From NCBI GenBank assembly GCA_963668625.2, contig CAXXKA010000010.1, forward strand, positions 128,001 to 192,000: 64,000 nucleotides of DNA, written 5' to 3'. Below the pieces are notes generated by a model. It saw nothing but the letters and a program-made list of their open reading frames with translations. It searched no databases and was not told the DNA's origin. Positions 10,958-21,887 of this stretch are shown piece by piece. Source of the stretch: an uncultured candidate division Zixibacteria bacterium (GTDB lineage: Bacteria; Zixibacteria; MSB-5A5; UBA10806; 4484-95). The position numbers were made by a program, and so were the translations under genes. Each line of letters begins with the position of its first letter. Positions within the stretch are counted from its first letter, which is position 1.

Positions 10958-11688
10958 TTATCGGCGGTTTTCAAAAACTATCTTTAATAGATTACCCGTC
11001 AAAATTGGCGGCGGTAATTTTCACTCGGGGATGTAATTTTAGATGCCCCTATTGCCATAACCCGGAGTTGATCGGCCACCGGGGTTGTGAGCAGTCCATA
11101 TCCGTGGAAACCGTATTTGATCATTTAGCCAGGAGAGTCGGCCTGCTGGAGGGCGTGGTGATCACCGGCGGGGAACCTACACTGCAGGCTGATATGATCG
11201 ACTTTATGGAACTTATAAAAAACCTCGGTTATTCGATCAAGTTGGATACCAACGGCAGCAATCCGAAAGCCGTATTGAAACTAATCGAAAATAACCTGCT
11301 GGATTATATCGCGATGGATATAAAAGCGCCTTTTGATAAATATCACCGGGTTGCCGGGCAGTCGGTGGATATCGAATCAATCAGGCGCAGCATAGAAATA
11401 ATAACGAATTCCGGAATTGATTTCCAGTTCAGGACAACTCTAGCGAGACCGTTTCTGGATTATCAGGACGCCACGATCATTAACGAAATGATCAAACCAT
11501 CCAGGCTGCATCTTCAGGAATGCCAGGTTGAAAGTGCGTTGAATAAATCGCTTCGCTTAATCCGGCAATTCTCAGGTGATGATATCCGGGAGTTTCAATA
11601 TATGCTGGAAAATGAGCCATCGAGCATGGCAGCCCCCGACTCGAAAGAATTAAAATTCCCATTTTCATTTTCCGAAATCGCTTTGTAA
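10954..11688 (+). CDS. nrdG: Anaerobic RNR activating radical SAM protein
   Basis: GCNFRCPYCHN, TGGEP and LDTNG; start overlaps the nrdD stop. Confidence 0.92.
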   Translation: MIIGGFQKLSLIDYPSKLAAVIFTRGCNFRCPYCHNPELIGHRGCEQSISVETVFDHLARRVGLLEGVVITGGEPTLQADMIDFMELIKNLGYSIKLDTNGSNPKAVLKLIENNLLDYIAMDIKAPFDKYHRVAGQSVDIESIRRSIEIITNSGIDFQFRTTLARPFLDYQDATIINEMIKPSRLHLQECQVESALNKSLRLIRQFSGDDIREFQYMLENEPSSMAAPDSKELKFPFSFSEIAL

Positions 11689-11701
11689 AGAGGTGTTGTA
11701 T

Positions 11702-12012
11702 GCTGTCGGGTTGCCCTGCCCGACAGCGCTATTTTTCTGTCCCGGCTCAGGCGTAGCTGGCAGCCTCAGGCTGTCGTTCCGTCCGCGCTGAGGCATGTGG
11801 AATTACCCGCTCAGTAAATCCATGCTATTTACGTTTGATATTATATGCGCGGGTTAGTCTCGCCCCGAGTAGGCTTGATCTTTGTTACTACGGCGCGGCA
11901 TATTCCCCTCATCCCCCGTGGACAGTACAGGTGTGGCTGTCGCTACGTCTCACCTAATGTGTGTGTCTGAGTAGCCGAACCTCAGGATGTTGTTTGGCTT
12001 TTCATGCTGAGG
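11702..12012. repeat. Cluster of REP-like palindromes, including a ~125-bp unit repeated at 13742-13869
   Basis: GCTGTCGGG..CCCGACAGC and two CCTCAG..CTGAGG hairpins; 11885-12012 aligns with 13742-13869. Confidence 0.7.
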
Positions 12013-12131
12013 TATATGAAAAATACAAATACTAATTGAGGATTTGTGTTTAGTTTATTATCTTGTAAACTATGAGAAAAGATCTTTCATGGCGGTATTT
12101 TCAACTGAAAACTTTAAAAAGCAATTAATAT

Positions 12132-13478
12132 ATGGGTAAGATAAGCAGAAATGACCCCTGCCCTTGCGGTAGCGGTAAGAAATATAAAAACTGCTGTATG
12201 TTGAAAAGAAAACCGAAACAGGAGTTGGAAAGCTCTATCAAGGAGAGGCTTGTTAGAGATATAATCAAGTTCTCCGAAAAGCATTATTCGGATATTTTAG
12301 ATGATGCTTTTAATGAATTCATGTTCGATTTTGATCCTGAAGATATTATCGGGAAACATATTGAATATGGAAGAATCTTAGAAATCAATTTCATGGAATG
12401 GATTATTCATGATTGGGGTATCAAAAAACATGACGGTAAAAATCTAATAGGACTATATATAGAAAAATCATCTCGCCTTAAAAAAATAGAGCTGGATATT
12501 CTCGACAGAATGCAAAACTCTTTTCTGAGTTTATATGAAGTGCAAGAGGTTTTCTATCGAGAGGGATTTATTTTGAAAGATTTGCTCATGGATCATGAGT
12601 ATTATGTCAAGGAGAAAGCCGGAACCGAAAACTGCTGCAAGTGGGATTTATTAGCCGCACGTTTGATTGATCTCGATGACGAAATCGTTATTAATGGAGG
12701 TATATATTCATATCCTCTTTCCGAAAAAGGTAGAATGCTGAATCATTTAAAGGAAAGCTATGAGTTATTCAAAACCGAATTTCCGCAATGTACCATGTCG
12801 GAATTTCTTAAAGTATGGGGCAGCCTTTTTAACCTGTATTGGTGCGATTGTATCACTAAACCTTTCATGCCGGAGCTTAGAACTCCGGACGGTGATCTAT
12901 TGGAGTTTTGCTCGGCCGAATATGAAATTAGGAATATTAGTAAAGCCTTAATTATGTTAAGTCAAATGGATGATATCCAACAGGAAGAGGATAATACTTA
13001 CGATTGGCTTGAAGAATCGTCTGAAGATAGCTTTAACAGACTTCGAGGAAATATTTCGATTGATGATGGAATTCTTATACTCGAATGCAAATCAAAAAAT
13101 CAATTGGAGAAGTGCAAAGAGGAGCTTGAAAAAAAACTGGGTGATTCTATTACTCATACGGAAGATTTTATCGAATATCCTCATGAGCTCATGATGACAG
13201 AGCGGTCTGCAAAAAAAAATGTCGAAAGCGAGGTGCCTCTCGAAATCCAGCAGGAAATATACGAGAAATTCATGCGAAAGTCTTACGAGGACTGGCTACA
13301 CGAAAATATCCCTGCGCTTGATAATAAAACACCTCTGGAAATGGTTAAGACTCCTGAGGGCAGAGGACGAGTTGAGACTATTATAAAAGAAATTGAGAAT
13401 ATGGAAGAGCGCAACCAGGACGAGGGCAGGCCCTATACCGATTTCACCTGGCTGCGTGAGAGGCTGGGGCTGGATTAA
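12132..13478 (+). CDS. SEC-C motif protein with C-terminal MbcA/ParS/Xre antitoxin-like motif
   Basis: RNDPCPCGSGKKYKNCC at the N-terminus; WLHENIPALDNKTPLE at the C-terminus. Confidence 0.8.
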   Translation: MGKISRNDPCPCGSGKKYKNCCMLKRKPKQELESSIKERLVRDIIKFSEKHYSDILDDAFNEFMFDFDPEDIIGKHIEYGRILEINFMEWIIHDWGIKKHDGKNLIGLYIEKSSRLKKIELDILDRMQNSFLSLYEVQEVFYREGFILKDLLMDHEYYVKEKAGTENCCKWDLLAARLIDLDDEIVINGGIYSYPLSEKGRMLNHLKESYELFKTEFPQCTMSEFLKVWGSLFNLYWCDCITKPFMPELRTPDGDLLEFCSAEYEIRNISKALIMLSQMDDIQQEEDNTYDWLEESSEDSFNRLRGNISIDDGILILECKSKNQLEKCKEELEKKLGDSITHTEDFIEYPHELMMTERSAKKNVESEVPLEIQQEIYEKFMRKSYEDWLHENIPALDNKTPLEMVKTPEGRGRVETIIKEIENMEERNQDEGRPYTDFTWLRERLGLD

Positions 13479-13493
13479 TCAGGCAGCAGGTTA

Positions 13494-13873
13494 TGGCTGA
13501 GCCTCAGGATGTCGCTTCGCTTTTCCTCCTGAGGCAGGGGGATGATAATCAAAATCGTCGCGTAGGGGATGGTCTAAGACCATCCCGCTAAGCTGGTAAA
13601 CAATTCAGCAATAGATGATATTTCCAGACAGACTACGGAGCGATCTTAGATCGCCCCCTACGGCTACATACGTGAGGACGCAGCCTATCAGTCAAGCCGT
13701 AGTGACAGATCACTGATCTATCAGTCACCCGCGCCGGGTATTGGCAACTGCTGTGGTGTATTTCCCCATCCCCGCGGACAGCACTGGTGTGGCTGTTCCT
13801 ACGTCCCCGCGCGATGTGAGTGTCTGTGTGGCCGAGCCTCAGGATGTCGCTTCGCTTTTCCTCCTGAGGCAGG
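13494..13873. repeat. REP-like palindrome cluster
   Basis: Two copies of GAGCCTCAGGATGTCGCTTCGCTTTTCCTCCTGAGGCAGG; inverted GTAG-type pair CGTAGGGGATGGTCTAAGACCATCCC / GCGATCTTAGATCGCCCCTACG. Confidence 0.75.
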
Positions 13874-13895
13874 TGAAACTTGCGGTATAGAAATA

Positions 13896-15824
13896 TTAAA
13901 TTGATTTTATTAGATTTGTATCTATACATTCAATAAAACTAGAGATTTTTTTATCTTTTGTATGAATGAAATATATACGTTTTTTCGAGCGAGTTAATGC
14001 TACAAACATTTGATAAATTTCGCTATCAGCAACTTCAGATTTTTGTGGTATTCTCTCTTGATCAAAACCAATTAAAAAAACTATATCGGCGCCCATTCCC
14101 TTAGATTTTAAGATATTGCACACTGTTATATCTATATTAGCTAATGGTCGAGGTAGATAAGAATTGTTATTTACTAATTGTTCGATAAGAATTTCTTTAA
14201 ATTCTTTTTTATCCTCAATAATTCTTTTTACTAATTTATCAATTGTTGATTGAGCTATTCTATTCCTTTCTGATTTTGGTCTATTTAGAATTTTCTGTAA
14301 TACCTTAGCATTTTTTGTGTGCTCATCCTTAAACTCATCAGGTAATGCTTCAATAATGGCATCAGCATTATTATAATTTGTTGAAATAATGGTAGTTTTT
14401 ATATCATTATCTATTTCATCTAATAAAATTCGCCAAGCTAAGATTTGATTACTCTCGTTGGAAAGGAATTTATATGCGGATACAATATTACTTTTCTCGG
14501 AAAAGAAATTTTCGTTATCACCAGTAAAAGTTACATTTTTAAATCCTGATTCTTTTAAATGGAATGCAATGTTGCCTAGCAATGTAGAACAAGACCGCGC
14601 TTCTCCAATCACTAAAACAGATTTAATTTTTTGAGTCTTAAGAATTTCCTCCAATTCCGATTTTATTTTTCTCGGAATTAATGCGGGAGAGCAATCATTT
14701 ATCAACATAATTTCAGGATTTAGCTCGTTATCCTCTTCTTTATCAGGATAAAAACAAATATATTTTTTTTCATTTATTCTTTCTTTAAGCTTTCCTTTAC
14801 CTTGATAATAATTTAAAATATTTTCAAAAGTTTTTATTACGACTTCAGTGCAACGTGAGCAATACTTGAGTGTATGACTTTCATAAAGGTCATTTGCTTT
14901 ATTATATTTTTCTCTTCACTAGTGTCCGGTGTTTTTCGTTAAATTTTAAATTTCTCCTTTGAATTGTTAATGAAAAATATTTTCCGATATAATTATTTTA
15001 TTCAGCGTATCATTCATCCTGACATATCCTGCCGATGTTAGGCTTGGTTTTCTGGTTTCCAAGCGCTGCTTGGAAACCTTCTTGAATCATGTAGAATGCG
15101 CATTCTGCCGGCAAACAAGCCACGTTGCGAAGCAGCGCTTCGCAACGAGATGAAAAGACCGGACAGTAGTGTTTTCTCTTATAAAGTTAGGAGAGGAGCC
15201 TTTAAATTCGTACAAAGCTTGGTCATCATCCCCAACAATTATTATATTATTTTTACTTGCAAGTTGATCTATAAACTCTGATTCGGTCTGATTAAAATCT
15301 TGATATTCGTCAACTAATATTAAGTCATATATTGGTATTTTTTCCGGATGTTTTTTGCAAAATTGAACTGCATAGAAAACTACATCGGCATGGCCTACAG
15401 CCTTATAAAAATAAGTCCTTTCTTTATAAGCTTCATCTCCTATTACGTAATCATTTATTTCCATTATTTTAAGATCATCCTCAATTAACTTATGAATATC
15501 TGGATAATAATTAAAATCTGGACAGTTTTTTTCTACGAATTCCTTTGCAAAACTATGAAGTGTAGTAGTTTTTGCTAATCCCGCAAGATCATCAGCAAGA
15601 TCATCACATAATTTGCCAATAAAGGTAATAGCTAAAAAATCTTTTTTACCTCTATTTTTTTCACTTTGGATTAATTGTTTGAATAAAAAACTTTTGCCAG
15701 TGCCTGGACCTGCTACAACAACTTTCCTTGGATGATTTGAATCGATAATTATATCTACATCCTTTTTTCTTTCTTTTTCATGGTCTATTATCGGTTTATT
15801 GGCTTGTGATTTATTGCTAGTCAT
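13896..15824 (-). pseudogene. UvrD/SF1A-like helicase disrupted by MITE insertion
   Basis: GPGTGKS, DEYQD and GDDDQ in the 5' half; SKGMGAD and VALTRSK in the 3' half; removing the MITE plus one TSD copy (264 bp) restores a single 554-aa frame (..FIREKYNKANDLYESHTLKYCSRC..). Confidence 0.9.
14917..15171. mobile_element. 255-bp MITE, copy 1
   Basis: TIRs CACTAGTGTCCGGT / ACCGGACAGTAGTG; 9-bp TSD TTTTCTCTT; near-identical inverted copy at 46110-46364. Confidence 0.95.
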
Positions 15825-16108
15825 AATTACCGCTTATCTAAAAAGAATTGAAAACAACCAAAACGTTCTATATTAATAAATTAATACTTTTTCCCCTTCA
15901 AAGCTATATAAAAATACAAGTGACTAAACCTTTTGTCACTATAACACATCCATTTTATCCTCTTGACAGCGTATTTAAAAATTATTAATTATCCCCTGTA
16001 TGTCCCGAATCGGCCGGAAACCATATTTCATTTCCCGCCGTTTCAGGAGTATTGATGATATAACGAATAAGTCCCATCCAATACGGGATTCGGAAAGAGG
16101 TTGATAAA

Positions 16109-16987
16109 ATGTTTGAGGATAAAGAATTCAAAGTAAAAGTCGGGCTGGCCGAGATGCTCAAAGGTGGCGTTATCATGGATGTCACCAACGAGGAGCAGGC
16201 CAAAATCGCCGAGGAGGCCGGCGCCGTGGCAGTGATGGCGCTCGAGCGCGTGCCCTCGGATATCCGCAAGGATGGCGGCGTTGCCCGTATGGCCGATCCC
16301 GATATTATCGCGAAAATCAAGAAGACTGTCAGTATCCCGGTTATGGCCAAGGCTCGTATCGGGCATTTCGCCGAGGCTCAGGTACTCGAGGCGCTCGAAG
16401 TTGACTATATCGATGAGTCCGAGGTGCTTACCCCGGCCGATGAGGCCAATCATATCGATAAAACGATGTTTAAAATCCCGTTCGTTTGCGGCTGCCGTAA
16501 TATCGGCGAGGCTCTTCGCAGAATTGGCGAGGGCGCGGCTTTAATCCGCACCAAAGGCGAGGCCGGTTCGGGCAATATAGTCGAGGCCGTCCGTCACATG
16601 CGCATGGTGCAAACCGCGATCAAGCAGATCGGTATCTTAGATGACGCCGAGTTGATGAATTTTGCCAAGGAATGGGGCGTGCCGTTCGAGATGGTCAAGT
16701 GGGTAAAAGCAAACGGTAAGCTGCCGGTTCCGAATTTCGCCGCCGGTGGTATCGCCACCCCCGCGGATGCCTCGCTTATGATGCAGCTCGGGGCCGAGTC
16801 GGTGTTCGTCGGTTCGGGCATATTCAAATCGACCAACCCGCCCGAGAGGGCCAAAGCGATCGTACAGGCCACCACCCATTACACCGATTTTAAACTGATC
16901 GGCGAGCTTTCGCGTGGTATCGGCGAGGCGATGAAAGGACTCGAGATCAGGGATATCCCCGAGGATCAACTTCTGCAAACACGATGA
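16109..16987 (+). CDS. pdxS: PLP synthase lyase subunit
   Basis: [18 protein letters not shown] and GGIATPADA. Confidence 0.97.
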   Translation: MFEDKEFKVKVGLAEMLKGGVIMDVTNEEQAKIAEEAGAVAVMALERVPSDIRKDGGVARMADPDIIAKIKKTVSIPVMAKARIGHFAEAQVLEALEVDYIDESEVLTPADEANHIDKTMFKIPFVCGCRNIGEALRRIGEGAALIRTKGEAGSGNIVEAVRHMRMVQTAIKQIGILDDAELMNFAKEWGVPFEMVKWVKANGKLPVPNFAAGGIATPADASLMMQLGAESVFVGSGIFKSTNPPERAKAIVQATTHYTDFKLIGELSRGIGEAMKGLEIRDIPEDQLLQTR

Positions 16988-17532
16988 CACACGGGATATT
17001 AGCGCTTCAAGGTGATTATTATGCTCATGGCCGGGTTTATGATAAACTCGGCCTTAAGTATTTATATGTTAAAAAGCCCGATGAGCTTGAGCGTGTCGAT
17101 ACGCTTGTCATTCCGGGCGGTGAATCGACCACCATACGCAAGCTGGCCCGGTCTATCGGTTTATGGGATATGCTGAAAGAATTCGACCGTCCCATGATGG
17201 GAACTTGCACCGGTATTATCCTGATGGCGCACGAGATCGAAAACGACGACGAAGAGACATTAGACCATCTGGATATTACGGTTTCCCGCAATGCTTACGG
17301 TTCACAGATCAACTCCGCCACGCAAACAGGGATATATCTGCCTGATAATAATGAAATCGAGATGGTTTTCATACGTGCCCCCAGGATTATTGAAACCGGT
17401 GACAGAGCAGATGTCATCGCCAGGTACCAGGGAGAGACGGTGGCGGTCAGGCAGGGCAACAAGATTGGCCTGACATTTCATCCCGAACTTTCGGATATTT
17501 CGCTTTTTCACAAAATACTTACCGATATTTAG
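16984..17532 (+). CDS. pdxT: PLP synthase glutaminase subunit
   Basis: LALQG, PGGEST, GTCTG and FHPEL. Confidence 0.95.
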   Translation: MTHGILALQGDYYAHGRVYDKLGLKYLYVKKPDELERVDTLVIPGGESTTIRKLARSIGLWDMLKEFDRPMMGTCTGIILMAHEIENDDEETLDHLDITVSRNAYGSQINSATQTGIYLPDNNEIEMVFIRAPRIIETGDRADVIARYQGETVAVRQGNKIGLTFHPELSDISLFHKILTDI

Positions 17533-17559
17533 CAACTTTTATGCTATAATACTGTAGGA

Positions 17560-18441
17560 TTGAACATGCTTATATATCTTGCGAAATATCGCGGCTTTTG
17601 TTCGGGTGTAAAACGCTCCATCCGGATGGCCGAAAAGGCGCTGGCGGATAACCAGGCGCCGGTCTATATCTTGAATGATATAGTGCATAACGAAGCCGTA
17701 AACGATGAGCTCGAATCGAAGGGCCTGATTAAAGTCACCAGCCCGGATGATGCCGATAAAGGTACGCTCATTATCTCGGCTCACGGCGTACCACGAACCG
17801 TAATCGATCAGGCCAAAGCCCGTGGTTTGAACGTGATCGATACCACCTGTCCGTTAGTTTATAAGATACACGAAACCGCCAGGGTACATACCGGGAATGG
17901 CTATAGCGTCGTGCTTTATGGCGAGCCAAAGCATGATGAGATAAAAGGTATAGTGGCGGTCGATCCGGAGAATATTCATGTTTTGAACTCCGCCGAGGAT
18001 ATCGATAGTTTGCCTGAGTTCGATAACTCGATCGCCTTCATCTCGCAAAGTACTCGCAATGTCGATAAATTCCACGAAACAGCCGAACGCTTGATGGATC
18101 GCTATGGTTCGATTCATATCGAGAATACTATCTGCCGTGCTACCCGTAAAAGGCAGGAGTCGATACGCGAGCTGGCCGAGAGTGTCGAACTGGTTATCGT
18201 GGTGGGATCGCAGACCTCGGCCAACTCCAACCGCCTGGTGGAGGTTGCCGAGGAGAACGGCGCGATAGCCTACCTGATAGAGAACGCTGATGGTTTCGAT
18301 GATGATTGGCTGGATGATGTCGATACTATCGGTATAACATCCGGCGCCTCTACACCCGATAACCTGGTGCAAGAGGTACTCGACTCTATCCGCGAATACT
18401 GCGAGGATGAGGAACTGGCATTCGACCTGATCGAGCGATGA
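17560..18441 (+). CDS. ispH: 4-hydroxy-3-methylbut-2-enyl diphosphate reductase
   Basis: GFCSGV, SAHG, DTTCPLV, TICRAT, SANS and GASTP. Confidence 0.96.
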   Translation: MNMLIYLAKYRGFCSGVKRSIRMAEKALADNQAPVYILNDIVHNEAVNDELESKGLIKVTSPDDADKGTLIISAHGVPRTVIDQAKARGLNVIDTTCPLVYKIHETARVHTGNGYSVVLYGEPKHDEIKGIVAVDPENIHVLNSAEDIDSLPEFDNSIAFISQSTRNVDKFHETAERLMDRYGSIHIENTICRATRKRQESIRELAESVELVIVVGSQTSANSNRLVEVAEENGAIAYLIENADGFDDDWLDDVDTIGITSGASTPDNLVQEVLDSIREYCEDEELAFDLIER

Positions 18442-19496
18442 ATATTTCCAGACGTAAATCACGAGTTATCGATATCGGCGGCGTCTCTATCGGCGGCGAT
18501 AATCCCATAGCCGTGCAAAGTATGTGCTCCACCAAGACACATGATATAGATTCGACACTGGCACAGATAGAGCTAATGGTATCTGCCGGAGTGGATATAG
18601 TCCGGGTGGCGGTGCCCGATAGCAAAGCCGCTGAAGCCCTGCCGAAGATCGTAAAAGGCTGCCCCGTGCCGCTCGTGGCCGATATTCATTTCAACCATAA
18701 CCTGGCCTTAACCGCCGCCGAGGCCGGTGTGGCCAAGCTGCGATTGAACCCGGGGAATATCGGGGATGAGGGTAAGATAAAACAGGTGGTTGACAAAGCC
18801 AAAGCGCATGGTATTCCGATTCGTATAGGCGTAAACCAGGGCTCGGTCGAGCGCGACCTGGTGGATAAATACACCGGGCCTCGTCCGCAGGCGATGGTCG
18901 ATTCGGCGGTTCGCCATGTGCGCATATTGGAGAGTCACGATTTTTACGATATCGCTATCTCGCTGAAGGCCTCCACCGCCTGGGATACGATAGAGGCTTA
19001 TCGCCTGATAGCTGATAAATGCGATTACCCTCTTCATCTGGGGGTAACCGAGGCCGGCCCGGCCTTTCGAGGCTCGATAAAATCAGCCGTAGCGATGGGC
19101 GTGCTTCTGGCCGAGGGGATCGGCGATACCATACGGGTATCGTTAACCGGGGATGTTACCGAGGAGATAAAAGCTGGCTGGGAGATATTGCGTTCGCTGG
19201 AGTTAAGACGTCGCGGCCCCGACCTGGTATCGTGCCCGACATGCGGTCGCACCGAAACCGACCTGGTATCGCTGGTAGCGAAAGTAGAGAAAGCGCTCGA
19301 GGGCATATCCGCGCCTATTAAGGTTGCCGTAATGGGCTGTGTGGTTAACGGTCCGGGCGAGGCGGCCGAGGCCGATATCGGTGTGATTGGCGGCAAGGGA
19401 CACTATTTGATTACGCGCAAAGGTAAAAAAATCAGCAAAGTTACCGAGGATGAAATAGAGGGGGCAATACTAGAGGAGTTGGAGAGATACAGGTAA
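18438..19496 (+). CDS. ispG: HMBPP synthase
   Basis: VQSM, ADIHF, RLNPGN, HLGVTEAG, SCPTCGR and MGCVVNGPGE. Confidence 0.97.
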   Translation: MNISRRKSRVIDIGGVSIGGDNPIAVQSMCSTKTHDIDSTLAQIELMVSAGVDIVRVAVPDSKAAEALPKIVKGCPVPLVADIHFNHNLALTAAEAGVAKLRLNPGNIGDEGKIKQVVDKAKAHGIPIRIGVNQGSVERDLVDKYTGPRPQAMVDSAVRHVRILESHDFYDIAISLKASTAWDTIEAYRLIADKCDYPLHLGVTEAGPAFRGSIKSAVAMGVLLAEGIGDTIRVSLTGDVTEEIKAGWEILRSLELRRRGPDLVSCPTCGRTETDLVSLVAKVEKALEGISAPIKVAVMGCVVNGPGEAAEADIGVIGGKGHYLITRKGKKISKVTEDEIEGAILEELERYR

Positions 19497-19575
19497 AATT
19501 GATAATTGTTGACAAGTTGTGGCATGTTGATTATATTTTATTAAAAATAATTTTGCAATATAGGAAATCTTTGAA

Positions 19576-20781
19576 ATGTCTAAGTCTGTAGAAGCAATAG
19601 TAACACCAGAAATATTAAAATGGGCACGTGACACTTCTGGTTATAATATTGATACAATAGCTAATAAGATGAAAAAGTCCTCAGAGATTATTAAAAAATG
19701 GGAGAATGGCGAATTAAAGCCTACTATTAGTCAACTAAGAAAATTGGCAAACTATTATAAACGCCCATTAGCTATTTTTTATTTAAGTGAGTTGCCAGAG
19801 ACGATAAAACCTCTTGCTGATTTTAGAAGGATCGAAATTGAGGAAATTTATAAAGAACCTGTTAAATTACAATATGAAATTCGACGTGCGATATTTAGAA
19901 GGGAAGCTGCTTTAGAATTATTGACCGATCTTAATGAAAAGCCTATTGAATTCATGGAAAGAATTAGTGTTAAGGATGATCCCTCAAAAGTTAGTAAGAA
20001 AATTAGAGAATTTTTAATTATTTCAGCAGACAAACAATTTGGTTGGAAAGATAAATATGAAGCTCTCAATAATTGGATTACTTCTGTAGAAAATTTAGGA
20101 ATTTTTGTATTTCAAGCAACAGGGATAGATATTGATGAGATGCGGGGGTTTTCTATATGCGAATTTCCTCTTCCTATAATTGGGTTAAATATAAAAGATC
20201 ATCCACATGCTAGAATTTTTTCCCTAATACATGAACTAGTTCATATAATGCTTGATGTAAGTGGTATATGCGATATATATGAAGGCCTTAACTTTAGGAG
20301 GCATGAAGAATATGACAGACATGAAATATATTGCAATAAAGTTGCTGGCTTAACACTTGTACCAGATAATGATCTGCTAATGGATGATATAGTAATTAAC
20401 AAAGGAAGTAATAAAGAATGGTCAGATTATGAAATCGGTTCACTATCAAAAAAATATCGTGTTAGCCGCGAGGTAATACTAAGAAGATTATTAGATGTTG
20501 ATAAAACATCTAAGAGATTTTATAATTCAAAAAGAAAAGATTTTCTTAAATTTTATGATGATTTTAAATCTAAACAAGAGACAAAACGACTAGTTCCACC
20601 TTATAGAAAAGTACTCAGCTACAATGGGGTATCATTTACTAATTTAGTTATTGATGGTTACTATAGGGGAGTGATTACATCAATGGATTTATCCAATTAT
20701 CTAAATACAAATGTTAAACATCTTCCTAAAATAGAAACTGAGTTGGTCTCTAAAGCGCAAAAATACGGAGCTTCGCTTTGA
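19576..20781 (+). CDS. XRE-HTH plus ImmA/IrrE metallopeptidase
   Basis: N-terminal HTH (LKWAR...KWENG..KPT), HELVH zinc motif; own TTGACA-N17-TATATT promoter at 19509-19537. Confidence 0.88.
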   Translation: MSKSVEAIVTPEILKWARDTSGYNIDTIANKMKKSSEIIKKWENGELKPTISQLRKLANYYKRPLAIFYLSELPETIKPLADFRRIEIEEIYKEPVKLQYEIRRAIFRREAALELLTDLNEKPIEFMERISVKDDPSKVSKKIREFLIISADKQFGWKDKYEALNNWITSVENLGIFVFQATGIDIDEMRGFSICEFPLPIIGLNIKDHPHARIFSLIHELVHIMLDVSGICDIYEGLNFRRHEEYDRHEIYCNKVAGLTLVPDNDLLMDDIVINKGSNKEWSDYEIGSLSKKYRVSREVILRRLLDVDKTSKRFYNSKRKDFLKFYDDFKSKQETKRLVPPYRKVLSYNGVSFTNLVIDGYYRGVITSMDLSNYLNTNVKHLPKIETELVSKAQKYGASL

Positions 20782-21269
20782 AGTATTGCATCGATACAAA
20801 TGCTCTAATTGATGCATGGAGAGGGGCCTATCCGAAGGATGTATTACCTGATCTATGGAATAAGTTTGAGGAAATGATAGATGATGGAAGTTTAATCGCT
20901 ACAGAAGAAGTATTTAATGAACTAAATAAGCAGGATGATGAACTTGTATTATGGGCAAAAAGTAGATCCAAGTTATTTATACCTATTGACGAGGATATTC
21001 AAAATACTGTTAGAGACATATTATATAAATACCCTAAAATGATAAACGTAAAAAAAAGCAAATCTATGGCTGATCCGTGGGTAGTAGCACTTGCTATTAT
21101 TAATAAAGCAAAGGTTATATCTAGCGAAAAATACCAACAATCTAAAACTAAAGCACTTGATCAAACAAGTACAGTTAAAATCCCTGACGTTTGCCGAGTA
21201 TTTAATATAACTTGTTTTGATGTTGTTGGTTTTTGCCGTGATTTAAACCTCGTTTTTCATCTTAGATAA
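20778..21269 (+). CDS. DUF4411-type PIN-domain protein
   Basis: YCIDTNALI, ADPWVVALA and KIPDVC; 4-bp overlap with the ImmA gene. Confidence 0.85.
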   Translation: MKYCIDTNALIDAWRGAYPKDVLPDLWNKFEEMIDDGSLIATEEVFNELNKQDDELVLWAKSRSKLFIPIDEDIQNTVRDILYKYPKMINVKKSKSMADPWVVALAIINKAKVISSEKYQQSKTKALDQTSTVKIPDVCRVFNITCFDVVGFCRDLNLVFHLR

Positions 21270-21274
21270 TATAT

Positions 21275-21787
21275 ATGAGCATATATTCATTAATCACACC
21301 CGTCGAATTCATCAACCTTATTTACAACCACGTTGATAATCCCGAAATCACGATTAACCGTCATATCGAGATTAGCGCGCCGGCAGAAAGTGTTTTTCAT
21401 CTGGTAGAACGCATAGGCGGAGATAACGGCTGGTATACTTTCAACTGGATGCTGAAACTTCGCGGAATGATGAGCGGCAAATTCAAACCCTATCAGCGGG
21501 AGTACAAAATCCTCACGGTCGGGGATGATGTCGATTTCTTCAAGGTGGCAGATATCGAGAAAGATAAATACCTGCTACTTAAATTCAACGATAACCGTCT
21601 TGATGGCGTGTTCGGGTTTTACCTCGAGAAACGAGGAGTTCAAAAAACCATGCTTTATGCCTGTACCTATTTCGGTTTTAAAAATTCCTCTGGAAAATTA
21701 TACTGGCGTTTCGTCAATCCATTCGATAAATTTCTTCAGAAACGAATGTTGAGCAATATCAAGAGACTATCGGAAAATATGATTTGA
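21275..21787 (+). CDS. DUF2867/SRPBCC-like protein
   Basis: IGGDNGWY..W..RG and G.LYW...PF motifs. Confidence 0.65.
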   Translation: MSIYSLITPVEFINLIYNHVDNPEITINRHIEISAPAESVFHLVERIGGDNGWYTFNWMLKLRGMMSGKFKPYQREYKILTVGDDVDFFKVADIEKDKYLLLKFNDNRLDGVFGFYLEKRGVQKTMLYACTYFGFKNSSGKLYWRFVNPFDKFLQKRMLSNIKRLSENMI

Positions 21788-21887
21788 TAGTTACATGGCG
21801 GACTAAGCAACCCGTCTAAATGCTTGGTATGGTTCGCAACACACGAACCAGAAAGCGAAAGTTTTAATCTCTAATTCAGGAGGCCTT

